Part shown: positions 45,029-54,885 of the stretch, piece by piece
How positions within the stretch are numbered: the stretch's first letter is position 1
Layout of the letters: every line of letters starts with the position of its first letter
Source of the DNA: Acidimicrobiia bacterium
Lineage (GTDB): Bacteria > Actinomycetota > Acidimicrobiia > IMCC26256 > JAENVU01
Length of the DNA stretch: 64,000 nt
Assembly: GCA_036557185.1 (NCBI GenBank)
Contig: DATBHZ010000117.1
Location: 572 to 64,571, forward strand
Direction of reading: 5' to 3'
Position numbers and translations under genes: made by a program
The notes under the pieces: generated by a model
Told to the model about the DNA's origin: nothing
What the model saw: the letters and a program-made list of their open reading frames with translations, nothing else
The model's database searches: none

Positions 45029-46405
45029 ATGGCAAGTGAGGGGAACGACCTGAGGCGCCGCGGGCGGCGTCTCTTCGCTTCGCTCAGGAAGCAGGAAGAT
45101 CCGCTCCAGCGACCCGACCAAGATGCGGGGGAGGTCGCGCCCCTCGGCCCGGACGCCACGCCACCCGAGATCGCGGACGACACCATCGACCTGACGGTCG
45201 ACCGCCCGGAGCCTGCCGCCGGCATCGCGGACGATGCCTCGGGCGCGGGAAGCTTCGAGCCGGCGAGCGGACCCAGCGGTCGGTCACTGGCGCCATCAGC
45301 GCCGCAGCCCGACTCGGCTCCGGCCGCAGCGCCGAGGGGCGGCCCGTACGAGAACGTCGCGACCATCGCCCCCGACTCGGCGGCCCCGGCGAGCGCGGCT
45401 GCGCCACCGGACCCCGCGGCGCCGCAGCCGGTCGCCCGGCCGGATGCCGAGCCCGCGGCCCCGAGCACCCCGGAGCCGGCCACCGCGGCCGAGCGTGAGC
45501 CGGTGCCCGACACCCCCTCCCCGGCAACGACCGCTCCGCACGCTGCCGAACCCGTCGGCGTCCCGTCCGACACCACGGCCGGGCGCGTGGGCGAGTCCGC
45601 CGAGGACCAGGAGTCGCTGCAATACGAGCTCCCGAGGATCATGGCGGTGGCGAACCAGAAGGGCGGCGTCGGCAAGACGACGACCACGGTGAGCCTCGGC
45701 GCCTCGCTCGCCGAGCTCGGGTTCCGCGTGCTGATCGTCGACCTCGACCCGCAGGGGAACGCCACGACCGGGCTCGGCATCAATGCAAGAAACCTGCAAG
45801 CTTCGGTCTACGACGTCATCATGAACGACGCCGCGGTGGAGGACTGCGTCGAGCCGACCAGCCTCAAGAACCTGTTCCTCGCTCCCGCGACGATCGATCT
45901 CGCGGGTGCCGAGATCGAGCTGGTGCCCGCATTCAGCCGTGAGTTGAAGCTCCGCCGGGCGCTGCACGAGGTCCTGGACGAGTACGACTACATCATCATC
46001 GACTGCCCGCCGTCGCTCGGGCTGCTCACCGTGAACGGGCTCGCCGCGGCGGACGACGTGATCGTGCCGATCCAGTGCGAGTACTACGCACTCGAGGGGC
46101 TGAGCCAGCTCGTCCGCAACGTGACGCTCGTGCGGACGAACCTCAACCCGACCCTCGACGTCCGCGGGATCGTCCTCACGATGTACGACGCCCGCACGAA
46201 GCTGGCCGACCAGGTGGAGCAGGAGGTGCGCGAGCACTTCGGCCCCACCGTGTACAAGACAGTCATCCCCCGGACGGTGCGGCTCTCGGAGGCGCCTTCG
46301 TTCGGGCAGCCGATCACTGTGTTCGATCCGACGTCCCGGGGGGCCATCGCCTATCGGGACCTTGCGAAAGAGGTGAGCAGTGGCGCGACGCGGCGGGCTG
46401 GGTAA
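45029..46405 (+). CDS. parA: Chromosome partitioning ATPase ParA/Soj with about 200-aa Pro/Ala-rich N-terminal extension
   Basis: Deviant Walker A NQKGGVGKTTTTVSLG. Also IIIDCPPSLG and PRTVRLSEAPSFGQP. The start is placed at ATG 45029, after both parS sites, with AGAGGGGA upstream. Confidence 0.88.
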   Translation: MASEGNDLRRRGRRLFASLRKQEDPLQRPDQDAGEVAPLGPDATPPEIADDTIDLTVDRPEPAAGIADDASGAGSFEPASGPSGRSLAPSAPQPDSAPAAAPRGGPYENVATIAPDSAAPASAAAPPDPAAPQPVARPDAEPAAPSTPEPATAAEREPVPDTPSPATTAPHAAEPVGVPSDTTAGRVGESAEDQESLQYELPRIMAVANQKGGVGKTTTTVSLGASLAELGFRVLIVDLDPQGNATTGLGINARNLQASVYDVIMNDAAVEDCVEPTSLKNLFLAPATIDLAGAEIELVPAFSRELKLRRALHEVLDEYDYIIIDCPPSLGLLTVNGLAAADDVIVPIQCEYYALEGLSQLVRNVTLVRTNLNPTLDVRGIVLTMYDARTKLADQVEQEVREHFGPTVYKTVIPRTVRLSEAPSFGQPITVFDPTSRGAIAYRDLAKEVSSGATRRAG

Positions 46406-47243
46406 AGGCCTGGGAGCACTGATACCGGCAGGCACCCCCGAGGGCTTCGGGGGTCTCGAGGAGATCCCGGTCGCGGCGATCCGACCGAACCAGTATCAGC
46501 CGCGCCAGCACTTCGACGAGGAGGAGCTCGCTGCCCTCGCGGAGTCGGTGCGGGAGGTCGGCATCCTCCAGCCGGTGCTCGTGCGCGCCGGCGGCGACGG
46601 CTACGAGCTGATCGCGGGAGAGCGGCGCTGGCGCGCCGCGCGCCGCGTCGGTCTCCAGCACATCCCCGCGCTCGTCCGGGACACCGACGACGCGTCGGCG
46701 TTGGAACAGGCCCTCATCGAGAACGTGCACCGGACGGACCTCAACGCGCTCGAGGAAGCGGCTGCCTACCAGCAGCTGATCGAGGACTTCGACCTGACGC
46801 ACGAGGAGGTCGCGACCCGGGTCGGGCGCAGCCGCGCGTCCGTGTCCAACACGCTCCGCCTCCTCCAGCTCCCGCCGTCGGTGCAACGGCTCGTGCGCGA
46901 CCGCGCCCTCTCGATGGGCCACGCCAGGGCCCTCCTCGGTACTCCGGACCGAGCGATGCAGGAGACCCTCGCCAAGCGCGCCGTCTCCGAGGACCTCTCC
47001 GTACGCGCGCTCGAGGAAGCGATCCGACGCGGAGTGGACGGAGCAAGCGCGCCTGCCTCGCGCACCGGCTCACAGCCGACGGTCCTGCGGCCGCCAGGTC
47101 TGCTCGAGCTCGAGCAACTGCTGAGCGATCACCTGAACACGCGCGTGCACATCGAGATGGGCACGAAGCGCGGCCGGGTGGAGATCGAGTTCTCGACGCT
47201 CGAAGACCTCGAACGGATCTACAAGGAGATCACCGGCGGCTGA
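46380..47243 (+). CDS. parB: Chromosome partitioning protein ParB
   Basis: GLGKGLGALIP, IRPNQYQPRQHFDEEEL, GERRWRAA (arginine patch) and an HTH region. Confidence 0.93.
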   Translation: MARRGGLGKGLGALIPAGTPEGFGGLEEIPVAAIRPNQYQPRQHFDEEELAALAESVREVGILQPVLVRAGGDGYELIAGERRWRAARRVGLQHIPALVRDTDDASALEQALIENVHRTDLNALEEAAAYQQLIEDFDLTHEEVATRVGRSRASVSNTLRLLQLPPSVQRLVRDRALSMGHARALLGTPDRAMQETLAKRAVSEDLSVRALEEAIRRGVDGASAPASRTGSQPTVLRPPGLLELEQLLSDHLNTRVHIEMGTKRGRVEIEFSTLEDLERIYKEITGG

Positions 47244-47266
47244 GGAGGCGACGCCCGCCCGGCCGC

Positions 47267-48295
47267 TCACGGCACGGTGACCGGGGCCTCCTCGTCGGGA
47301 GCCTCTTCCACGCCGCGGCGGATGCCCGCCACGAGCGCCGCGCCGAGCCTGTCGGCGGTGCTCCCGAGCACCGCCATGCCGTCGGCGTCGTCCTCTCCGA
47401 CGAGTGCGCACACGACCGCCGCCATGCGCGTCTCGCGCAGCACCGTGTACGCGCGCCCGCAGACCTCCCGCGCGGTGCTGGCGAGCAGCACGGCGCCGAG
47501 CTCGGCATCGATCGCGCGCGCGGTGCGATAGCCGGCCTCGGACCGATAGCTACCCGACTCGTAGTAGAGGCAGCGAACGCCGCGACGGTCGCCCGCGCGT
47601 ACCGCGACGAACAGGTCCGCGTGCCATTCGTTCGCTCGCGCGGCGAGCGTCTCGTCCTCCTCACCCGAGCTGTCAATGAGCATTGACGCCCCTGCGGCGT
47701 CGAGGCCGCGTGCGGTGAGGGTCCCGAGTTGTTCGAAGCCCGGGGCGATCGCGAGGAAGACGCGGTGCCCGGTGAACCGCCGCGGCCGGCGAAGCATCTC
47801 GCGTTCGCGCACGCCGGCGACGCCGCCGCTCGCCATCGCCCGGTAGCGCAGGAGCGTGGTGACCGTGGCCGGCCCCGCCACCCCGTCCACGGCGAGCCCC
47901 GCGTTGCGCTGGAACTCCCGCACGGCGGCGGCGGTCTCGGGCCCGAGGATGCCGTCTTCGCGGCCGGCGTCGAACCCGAGAGCGTTCAACCTTCGCTGGA
48001 GGTCGAGCACGTCGTCGCCGCGTTGGTTGGGGGAGCGGTGGTACAGCATCCGGTCCGCGAGGGCATAGCCGCTCTCGATCAGCGCGGTCCACGTCTCGTG
48101 TCCGCAGATCCCGTCGACCCGGATGCCCCGCTGCTCCTGGAAGCCGCGTACCGCCAGCTCGGTCCCGGCACCGAAGGTACCCGCCTGGTCGTCGCCGGTG
48201 GGATTGCCGCTGTCGGTCAGCCGGTGCTGGAGGTCGCGAACAGCGTCACCGGTGGCGCCGATTCGCAGGATCGTGCTGCGGCGAGGCGCCGGCAC
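47267..48295 (-). CDS. cwlM: N-acetylmuramoyl-L-alanine amidase-like protein with two peptidoglycan-binding repeats (CwlM-type)
   Basis: Two PG-binding repeats (GDAVRDLQHRL...; DDVLDLQRRLNALGF...GILGPETAAAVREFQ) plus an amidase_3-like C-terminus. Synteny trxB-trxA-cwlM-parB fits. The start is placed at GTG 48295 to avoid overlapping trxA. Confidence 0.82.
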   Translation of the reverse strand: MPAPRRSTILRIGATGDAVRDLQHRLTDSGNPTGDDQAGTFGAGTELAVRGFQEQRGIRVDGICGHETWTALIESGYALADRMLYHRSPNQRGDDVLDLQRRLNALGFDAGREDGILGPETAAAVREFQRNAGLAVDGVAGPATVTTLLRYRAMASGGVAGVREREMLRRPRRFTGHRVFLAIAPGFEQLGTLTARGLDAAGASMLIDSSGEEDETLAARANEWHADLFVAVRAGDRRGVRCLYYESGSYRSEAGYRTARAIDAELGAVLLASTAREVCGRAYTVLRETRMAAVVCALVGEDDADGMAVLGSTADRLGAALVAGIRRGVEEAPDEEAPVTVP

Positions 48296-48317
48296 CCGTC
48301 GCGCCTCCGCCCGTGCC

Positions 48318-48647
48318 TCAGCCGATGAACTCGGAGAGGTCCTGGAGGAGTTGCCCCTTGCCCTTCGCGCCCACGAGCCGCTTGACGGGTGCACCGTCGT
48401 TGAACACGAGCAGCGTCGGGATGCTCATCACGTCGTACCGGCGCGCCGTCTCGGGGTTGTCGTCGACGTTGAGCTTCGCGATCTGCACGCGGCCCTCGTG
48501 CTCGCTGGCGATCTCTTCGAGCGCCGGGGCGATCATCTTGCACGGGCCGCACCACTCCGCCCAGAAGTCGACCACGACCGGAGTGCTCGCGCCCTTGACG
48601 GCTTCTTCGAAGGTGGAGTCGGAGACGGTCACGATCTTGTCAGACAC
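48318..48647 (-). CDS. trxA: Thioredoxin
   Basis: WAEWCGPCK active site, 109 aa. Confidence 0.95.
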   Translation of the reverse strand: MSDKIVTVSDSTFEEAVKGASTPVVVDFWAEWCGPCKMIAPALEEIASEHEGRVQIAKLNVDDNPETARRYDVMSIPTLLVFNDGAPVKRLVGAKGKGQLLQDLSEFIG

Positions 48648-48787
48648 GATGGTCCTTTCCGGAGAGCGCCGACGAGACGCTCGACGCTCGGCCGGACGCT
48701 GTTACGGGCGCTCGGCAACCGATGGAGTGTAGCGATCCGTACAACGCGCGACGGGACCCGAAGCTTCCCGGCGGCGCGGGTCGCGCG

Positions 48788-49738
48788 TCACGATTTCGTG
48801 GCGGCCGCGTGCCGCTGCGCCTCGATCCAACGCTCGGCCTCGATCGCTGCCATGCAGCCCGAGCCCGCGGCTGTGACCGCCTGCCGGAACACGTGGTCCT
48901 GGACGTCTCCCGCCGCGAACACCCCGTCGACGGAGGTCCTCGTGGAGTCGGGTGCGGTGAGGATGTAGCCGTTCTCGTCGAGGTCCAGCTTGCCGGCGAA
49001 CAGCCCCGTCGTGGGCGTGTGACCGATGGCGACGAACACGCCGGAGACCTTCAGCTCCGACTGTTCACCTGTCTTGACATCCGAGAGCTGTACCGCCTCG
49101 ACCTTCGAGTCGCCGGAGACGTCGTCGACGATCGAGTTCCAGCGGAACTCGATCTTGTCGTTGGCGAATGCGCGCTCCTGCATGATCTTCGACGCGCGCA
49201 GCTCGTCGCGGCGGTGGATCACGGTCACCTTCGAAGCGAATTTGGTGAGGAAGAGAGCTTCCTCGACTGCCGAGTCGCCGCCCCCCACCACGGCGATCTC
49301 CTGATCGCGGAAGAAGAACCCGTCGCACGTCGCGCACGTCGAGAGGCCGTGACCCAGCAGGCGCGCCTCGTTGGGGAGGCCGAGCATCCGCGCGGTGGCA
49401 CCGGTCGAGATGATGATCGCCTCGGCGAGGTACACCTGGGCACCGACGGTGACCCGGAAGGGACGACGGTCGAGCTCGACGTCGTCGGCGTCCGCCGTGA
49501 CGAACTCCGTTCCGAACCGCAGCGCCTGCTCGCGGAAGCGACCCATGAGGTCGGGTCCCAGGATGCCCTCCGGGAATCCCGGATAGTTCTCGACGTCTGT
49601 CGTCAACATCAGTTGTCCACCGGCGCCCAGGCCCTCGACCATGACAGGTCGCAGGTTCGCACGGGCCGCGTACACGGCCGCGGTCAGCCCTGCGGGGCCG
49701 GACCCGACGATGACGACTTCGCGATGTGACTCAGGCAC
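48788..49738 (-). CDS. trxB: Thioredoxin-disulfide reductase
   Basis: [19 protein letters not shown], redox CATCDG, and [11 protein letters not shown] 49738 overlaps the upstream gene end by 8 nt. Confidence 0.93.
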   Translation of the reverse strand: MPESHREVVIVGSGPAGLTAAVYAARANLRPVMVEGLGAGGQLMLTTDVENYPGFPEGILGPDLMGRFREQALRFGTEFVTADADDVELDRRPFRVTVGAQVYLAEAIIISTGATARMLGLPNEARLLGHGLSTCATCDGFFFRDQEIAVVGGGDSAVEEALFLTKFASKVTVIHRRDELRASKIMQERAFANDKIEFRWNSIVDDVSGDSKVEAVQLSDVKTGEQSELKVSGVFVAIGHTPTTGLFAGKLDLDENGYILTAPDSTRTSVDGVFAAGDVQDHVFRQAVTAAGSGCMAAIEAERWIEAQRHAAATKS

Positions 49739-50108
49739 TTCGTTCCTTCTCTTTCGCGCCGGCAGGCCCAACAGCGCCGCTCGAGGCGTTGTTCCCCGCG
49801 GCGCCCCTGGGCGTCCGGAAGATGAAGGCCACTGCGCCACCGGCCAGGAAGATCACGCCGAGCACCAGCCAGGCGGCCCAGTCGGGCAGGAAGAGGTTGA
49901 GAAGACGAAGGAGCAGGACGGAGAAGAGGACGAACGCGGTGATCGCGAGGATCGCGACGAGGACGCCGTAGACGATGAGCTTGACGATCTGCTGCGCCGG
50001 GCCGACCGTCCGGTCGCGGATCGCTCCGACCCCGCGCTCAACCCAATCGGTAGCTTGTGTCGCCCAGTCATCCATGGGTGTCACCTCGTCCGGGAGCGGA
50101 GTCCGCAT
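49731..50108 (-). CDS. Small two-TM membrane protein (hypothetical)
   Basis: Hydrophobic stretches [27 protein letters not shown] and [20 protein letters not shown]. The start is ATG 50108 or 50075. Confidence 0.6.
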   Translation of the reverse strand: MRTPLPDEVTPMDDWATQATDWVERGVGAIRDRTVGPAQQIVKLIVYGVLVAILAITAFVLFSVLLLRLLNLFLPDWAAWLVLGVIFLAGGAVAFIFRTPRGAAGNNASSGAVGPAGAKEKERSA

Positions 50109-50134
50109 CGTACCCAGGGAGCACTGCCCACCGA

Positions 50135-50698
50135 TCAGTGCGAGATGGACAGCAGGATCTGCTGACAGTTCTCGAGCGAGGTGACGAACGCCAGCGTCCG
50201 GCCGTGGTTGCGCACGGCGACGACCGCGACGGGGCGTGCCCGGTAGGTGCCGTAGCCGGTGAACACCACGGTCTGCTGTGCCCCCAGCGTCGAGGCGCAA
50301 CGCTGCACGGCCGCGCTCCCCTGGGCAGCTGACGGTGTGACGCCCGCCGCCGTTGTCGTTGCGCTCGTCCCGGCTCGTCGCAACTCCTCTTGCGCCTTCT
50401 TCACCTGCTCCTGCGCCGCTCGGTCACCCAGCAACGCGCGCACCCGCGTCTCGGACACCGGACCGAGCGCGCCGAGCGCGCCGTGAGCCGGTGTCCCGAC
50501 GCCCGAGGTCCCCGAGCTCTTGGAGCCGGAGCCGCGGCCGGCGATCAGTGCGGCACCGATCCCCAGGCACGCGACGATGCCCACCACGGCGGCGATGGTC
50601 GTCCAACGACGCGTCGACCTGTCGGCCCGCGGGGTTGCATCGGCGTGCGTCTCGACGACGGGTTCGTCCGTGCGCTGACTGAGCGGTCGCATGCTCAT
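50135..50698 (-). CDS. Single-pass membrane-anchored protein with extracytoplasmic two-Cys domain (hypothetical)
   Basis: Starts at ATG 50698 (MSMRPL). TM TTIAAVVGIVACLGIGAALIAG, then a domain of about 130 aa. I do not recognise a family. Confidence 0.6.
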   Translation of the reverse strand: MSMRPLSQRTDEPVVETHADATPRADRSTRRWTTIAAVVGIVACLGIGAALIAGRGSGSKSSGTSGVGTPAHGALGALGPVSETRVRALLGDRAAQEQVKKAQEELRRAGTSATTTAAGVTPSAAQGSAAVQRCASTLGAQQTVVFTGYGTYRARPVAVVAVRNHGRTLAFVTSLENCQQILLSISH

Positions 50699-50753
50699 TG
50701 AGTCGGTCCTCGCGGTGCTTCGGCTGAATGGAAAGAGTGCGACGTGCTTTGGC

Positions 50754-52259
50754 TCAGGTGCCCAGGACGCGGATCTCGGCCACGGACAGGCGGTACGGCG
50801 GGCCGGTCGCGGGCAGCTGGTCGAACCATGCGAGCACGTAGCGTGCGGTCGTCGGTGTGACCGGCATCCTCGCATTCTGCGGGAGGTTGTCGCCTCGGGC
50901 GAGGACCCTGCCCCAGCCCGCGAGGTCGGGCGGCACGACGCCGGTGATCCCGTAGATCGCTGCGCCCCATCCCGTGTCGGCGGTGTCGATCTGCACCTGA
51001 CGGACGGATCTCGGCGCGCCCAGGTCGATGATCAGGCCGACGCCGGGCTTCCGTCCGCCGAAATCGCGTTGGAAGTAGCTCTCCGTCTGCCACGTCGTCG
51101 CCGGATTGCCGTCGATCACGTTCCGCGCTCCCGCAGGATCCTCGGACCCGTCGCCTCCGTTGGCACGGGGGTCGTAGTCGGTGACGGCGACGGGGCGCAG
51201 CGTGGTGGAGACGGCGGTTGCGGACGCCTTCGGGCCCGAATCGTCCGTCTTGGCAGCGTGATAGATGGCGTAGCCGGCCGTCACACCGACCACGAACGCC
51301 GCCAGCCAGAGGAAGACGCGTCCCGCTCGAGACCGGCGACGCGTGGTGACGACCTGGGTGGTCGCGGGCACGGAGCGTGGTGTGAGGGCCACGGGAGCGG
51401 TCGGCTCGGCGATGCGGGCGGCCCCGGTGCGAAACGAGGCGAGCGCGTCGCGCATCGCTGCCGCGTTCTGCCAACGCTCGTCGGGGGCTCGGCACAGCGC
51501 ACGTGAGGCGATGTGCTCCAGTCCCGACGGCACGTCCGGCCGATCGAGCGCGATCGGCCTCGGCGGGCTGGTGAGACGCGCGACGGCAGTGCCGATGTCG
51601 CTGTCTCCGGGGAAGGGCGGGGACCCGGTCAGCATCTCGGAGAGCACGAGGCCGAGCGAGTAGATGTCGGTGCGCGCGTCGACGTTGCCTCCGTCCACCT
51701 GCTCTGGGGCCAAGTAGCGCGCCGTGCCGACGACGGTTCCGTGGCGCGTCAGCTCGTCGTCGGCACCATCGGTCGCCTTGGCGATCCCGAAGTCGGTCAC
51801 CTTGACGCGTCCGTCCGCCTGCACGAGGACGTTGCCCGGCTTGATGTCGCGGTGGATCAAGCCGCGTGCGTGCGCGACCGAGAGCGCGTCCGCCACTTGA
51901 TACGCGATGTCGGCGGCCCGGGCGATGGGCAGCGGGCCCATCGCGTCGATCACCTGGCGGAGCGTCCGGCCTTCGACGAGCTCCATGACGATGAATGCGT
52001 CGTCGGCGTCCTGTCCGGTGTCGTAGGTGGCGACGATGTTCGGGTGCGCGACGGCTGCTGCGGCGATCGCCTCGCGGCGGAACCGCGCACGAGTCTGCTC
52101 GTCACGGCCGAGGACCGGGTCGAGGGTCTTGAGAGCGACCTCCCGGGCGAGCAGCGGATCCTCGGCGCGCCAGACCGTGCCCATGCCGCCTCGGGCGATC
52201 TCGGACTCCAGCCTGTAGCGGCCCGCCAGGACCCTTCCCGGTTCGAGCAGCTCTGCCAC
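50754..52259 (-). CDS. Transmembrane Ser/Thr protein kinase with extracytoplasmic discoidin/CBM-like domain
   Basis: All catalytic motifs are present ([31 protein letters not shown]). [21 protein letters not shown]. The C-terminus [16 protein letters not shown]...YVLAWF...VAEIRVLG resembles an F5/8 type C fold signature. Confidence 0.85.
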   Translation of the reverse strand: MAELLEPGRVLAGRYRLESEIARGGMGTVWRAEDPLLAREVALKTLDPVLGRDEQTRARFRREAIAAAAVAHPNIVATYDTGQDADDAFIVMELVEGRTLRQVIDAMGPLPIARAADIAYQVADALSVAHARGLIHRDIKPGNVLVQADGRVKVTDFGIAKATDGADDELTRHGTVVGTARYLAPEQVDGGNVDARTDIYSLGLVLSEMLTGSPPFPGDSDIGTAVARLTSPPRPIALDRPDVPSGLEHIASRALCRAPDERWQNAAAMRDALASFRTGAARIAEPTAPVALTPRSVPATTQVVTTRRRSRAGRVFLWLAAFVVGVTAGYAIYHAAKTDDSGPKASATAVSTTLRPVAVTDYDPRANGGDGSEDPAGARNVIDGNPATTWQTESYFQRDFGGRKPGVGLIIDLGAPRSVRQVQIDTADTGWGAAIYGITGVVPPDLAGWGRVLARGDNLPQNARMPVTPTTARYVLAWFDQLPATGPPYRLSVAEIRVLGT

Positions 52260-52303
52260 GCCGGTTCACGCTAGTGGCCGCATGCGCGCAGTCCCGCGTG
52301 CGG

Positions 52304-53146
52304 TCACTCCGTGCTGTCGACCCAGCCGACCCCGATGGTCCGGGGCCCGCAGTGGGTCCCGATCACGGGTCCGATTGCTCCCACCTCGATCGCATCGCGC
52401 GGGTAGATGGGGGCGAGGCGGTCGAGCAACTCGTCGATGTCGGGTGCCTGCGCGTGGAAGACGTACACCGTGTCGGGCGCGTGCGCCTCGGCGACGCGGT
52501 CGACGAGGTACTGGAAGCTCTTCGAGCGCGTGCGCACCTTCGCCGCTTCGGCGACCACGCCTTCGCGCACCTCGATGACCGGCTTGATCGAGAGCACTCC
52601 ACCGAGCAGCGCCCGGGCGGCCCCCACTCTGCCCCCGCGCTTGAGGTGCTCGAGCGTGTCGAGGGTGGCGTAGAGGCGCATGCGGCGCGCGTGGTCCTCG
52701 GCGGCCGCGACGATCGTGTCGAGATCAGCGCCCTGCGCCGCCATGCGTGCGGCCAGCAGCGCCTGGTGGCCGAGGCCCATCGAGACGCTGCAGGAGTCGA
52801 TCACGGCGACGGGGCAGACGCCCTCGAGCATCTTCGTGGCGAGCTGTGCAGCCTGCATGGTCGCCGAGAGGGCGGACGACAGGTTCAGGCAGACGATGCC
52901 GTCGGCACCCTCGTCGCTCAGGCGTTGGAAGACCTCCTCGAAGGCGCCCGGCGACGGAGCTGCCGTCTCGGGCAGGAGGTCGGTGGCGCCCACCTTCTCC
53001 CAGAAGTCCTCGTTCGAGAGCTCGACGCGGTCGATGTACTCCCGGTCGCCGAAGCGGATCGTGAGGGGGACGATCTCGATGCCGAGCTCCTTCGCCCGGG
53101 CATCGTCGAGGTCACAGGCGCTGTCGGTCACGATGCGTACGGCCAC
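52304..53146 (-). CDS. DegV-family fatty-acid-binding protein
   Basis: VRIVTDSACDL, ETAAPSPGAF and the typical length of 280 aa. Confidence 0.88.
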   Translation of the reverse strand: MAVRIVTDSACDLDDARAKELGIEIVPLTIRFGDREYIDRVELSNEDFWEKVGATDLLPETAAPSPGAFEEVFQRLSDEGADGIVCLNLSSALSATMQAAQLATKMLEGVCPVAVIDSCSVSMGLGHQALLAARMAAQGADLDTIVAAAEDHARRMRLYATLDTLEHLKRGGRVGAARALLGGVLSIKPVIEVREGVVAEAAKVRTRSKSFQYLVDRVAEAHAPDTVYVFHAQAPDIDELLDRLAPIYPRDAIEVGAIGPVIGTHCGPRTIGVGWVDSTE

Positions 53147-53211
53147 GGGGCTCCTCCGGCTCGCGAAAAGGCTGAGACCTCGGCCCGACCGAGTTGGTTA
53201 CATCGGTGCTC

Positions 53212-54885
53212 TCAGAGCCCGGGTGCGGCCGGGTCGAGCTGGCGAGCGGACGGTCGCAATGCGTCCCGGAGCATCGTCAGCTCCTTGACGCGGAACAACC
53301 AGGCTGCGCCGAGGAAGACGACGCCGCCGGCGACCACCGCCACGATCATGGCGAGCAGGGCCGACCCGGTCGAGTCGTAGCCGATCGCCGACTCGGCCGC
53401 GTACGCCACGATCCCCATCACCGCGCTCGCGCCGGCGACCCGCAGTGCGGAGTCCACCATCCGCCGTCCCTCGAGACGTCCCAGTCTCCGTCGCATCGCG
53501 TACAGCGTGACCACGCCCGCTCCGATGTACGCGAGCGACCACGAGAGCGCGAGGCCGCGAACGCCAATCCATGCGTAGAGCGCGAACGCCAACGCGATGT
53601 TCAGACCGTTCTCGAGGCAGTTGAGCCAGAACGGGGTGCGCGTGTCCTGGAGCGCGTAGAAGCCTCGGAGCATGAAGAGGTATGTCGAGTACGCGAGCAG
53701 CCCGACCATGAACGCCACGAGCACGTCTGCCGTCGTCGCCGGATGTGTCGGGACGGACTTGCTCGCGAGTAGTGGCAGCACGCCGTTCGTCATCGGGCGC
53801 GCGACGACCGCCAGGATGACCGAGGAGGGCAGGACCACGAGCGCCATCAGACGGAACCCGTTCCCGAGCTGCTCGCGGAGGCTCGCGATGTCGCCGCGTT
53901 GGGCGGCCGCCGCGAGCTCCGGTGCCAGTGCCGTCATGATCGACACCGCGAAGAGCCCATGGGGAAGCTGGAAGACGGCGAACGCGAACGCGTACAGCGA
54001 CAAGTCCCCGGCGTGTCGGTAGGCGAGCGCCATCGTGATCGCGAGCGCCACCTGGTTCGCGATCACGTAGCCCAAGGTCCACGACGACAAGCGGGCGAGC
54101 TGCCGAACCGCAGGGTGTCTCCATTCCCACGTCCAGCGGAACCGCGCTTGGCAGGAGCGCAGCGCGGGCAGGAGCACGAGCGCCATCGCGACCACCCCTG
54201 CGGTGGTGCCCAGCCCGAGCAGGAGGACGAGTCCCGGGTCGTCGAGGACGCTGTGCACGGTCGGAGCCTCGTGCGCGGCGCGGGGGAGCGCGAGGAGCAC
54301 CGCGATCACGATCACGTTGTTCAGGATGGGCGCGAACGCTGCGGCAGCGAACCGACGCCGCGCGTTCAGCATGGCCGAGGCGAGCTCTGTGACGCCGTAG
54401 AAGAACACCTGCGGCATGAACCACCGCAACAGGTCGGTGGCAAGCTGCTGTTGCTGCTGGTTGCCGGCTCCACTGGGCTTGAGCGACGCGTAGAGACGGA
54501 TCAGCCACGGCGCGATGAGAACGCCGAGCACGGAGATCGCGAGCAGCACGACGATCGACACGGTGTTGATCGCGTCGCTCGCGCGCTGGTCGTCGCGCTT
54601 GAGGTACTCGACGTAGAGCGGGACGATCGTCGCGGTGAGGATGCCGCCGAGCACCAGCTCGTAGATGATGTTCGGCGTGTTGTTCGCCAGGTTGTAGGCG
54701 TCGGTCAAACCGGTGAAGCCGATGCCCGCCAGCGCGAGGACGCGCACGAGCCCGGTGACCCGCGAGAGCGCTGTGCCGAGACCGACGACGGTGCTCGACC
54801 GGACGAGGTGACGTTCCCCCTCGTCGCCGGGCTCGGCCACGACCCCGGCCTCGGGGTCCGCGGCGGCGCTGTTCACGTCCGTCAC
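53212..54885 (-). CDS. murJ: Lipid II flippase MurJ (MviN)
   Basis: Polytopic; VGLGTALSRVTGLVRVLALAGIGFTGLTDAYNLANNTPNIIYELVLGG is the classical MurJ N-terminus. GTG 54885 overlaps the upstream stop (GTGA). There is no C-terminal kinase-like extension. Confidence 0.9.
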   Translation of the reverse strand: MTDVNSAAADPEAGVVAEPGDEGERHLVRSSTVVGLGTALSRVTGLVRVLALAGIGFTGLTDAYNLANNTPNIIYELVLGGILTATIVPLYVEYLKRDDQRASDAINTVSIVVLLAISVLGVLIAPWLIRLYASLKPSGAGNQQQQQLATDLLRWFMPQVFFYGVTELASAMLNARRRFAAAAFAPILNNVIVIAVLLALPRAAHEAPTVHSVLDDPGLVLLLGLGTTAGVVAMALVLLPALRSCQARFRWTWEWRHPAVRQLARLSSWTLGYVIANQVALAITMALAYRHAGDLSLYAFAFAVFQLPHGLFAVSIMTALAPELAAAAQRGDIASLREQLGNGFRLMALVVLPSSVILAVVARPMTNGVLPLLASKSVPTHPATTADVLVAFMVGLLAYSTYLFMLRGFYALQDTRTPFWLNCLENGLNIALAFALYAWIGVRGLALSWSLAYIGAGVVTLYAMRRRLGRLEGRRMVDSALRVAGASAVMGIVAYAAESAIGYDSTGSALLAMIVAVVAGGVVFLGAAWLFRVKELTMLRDALRPSARQLDPAAPGL

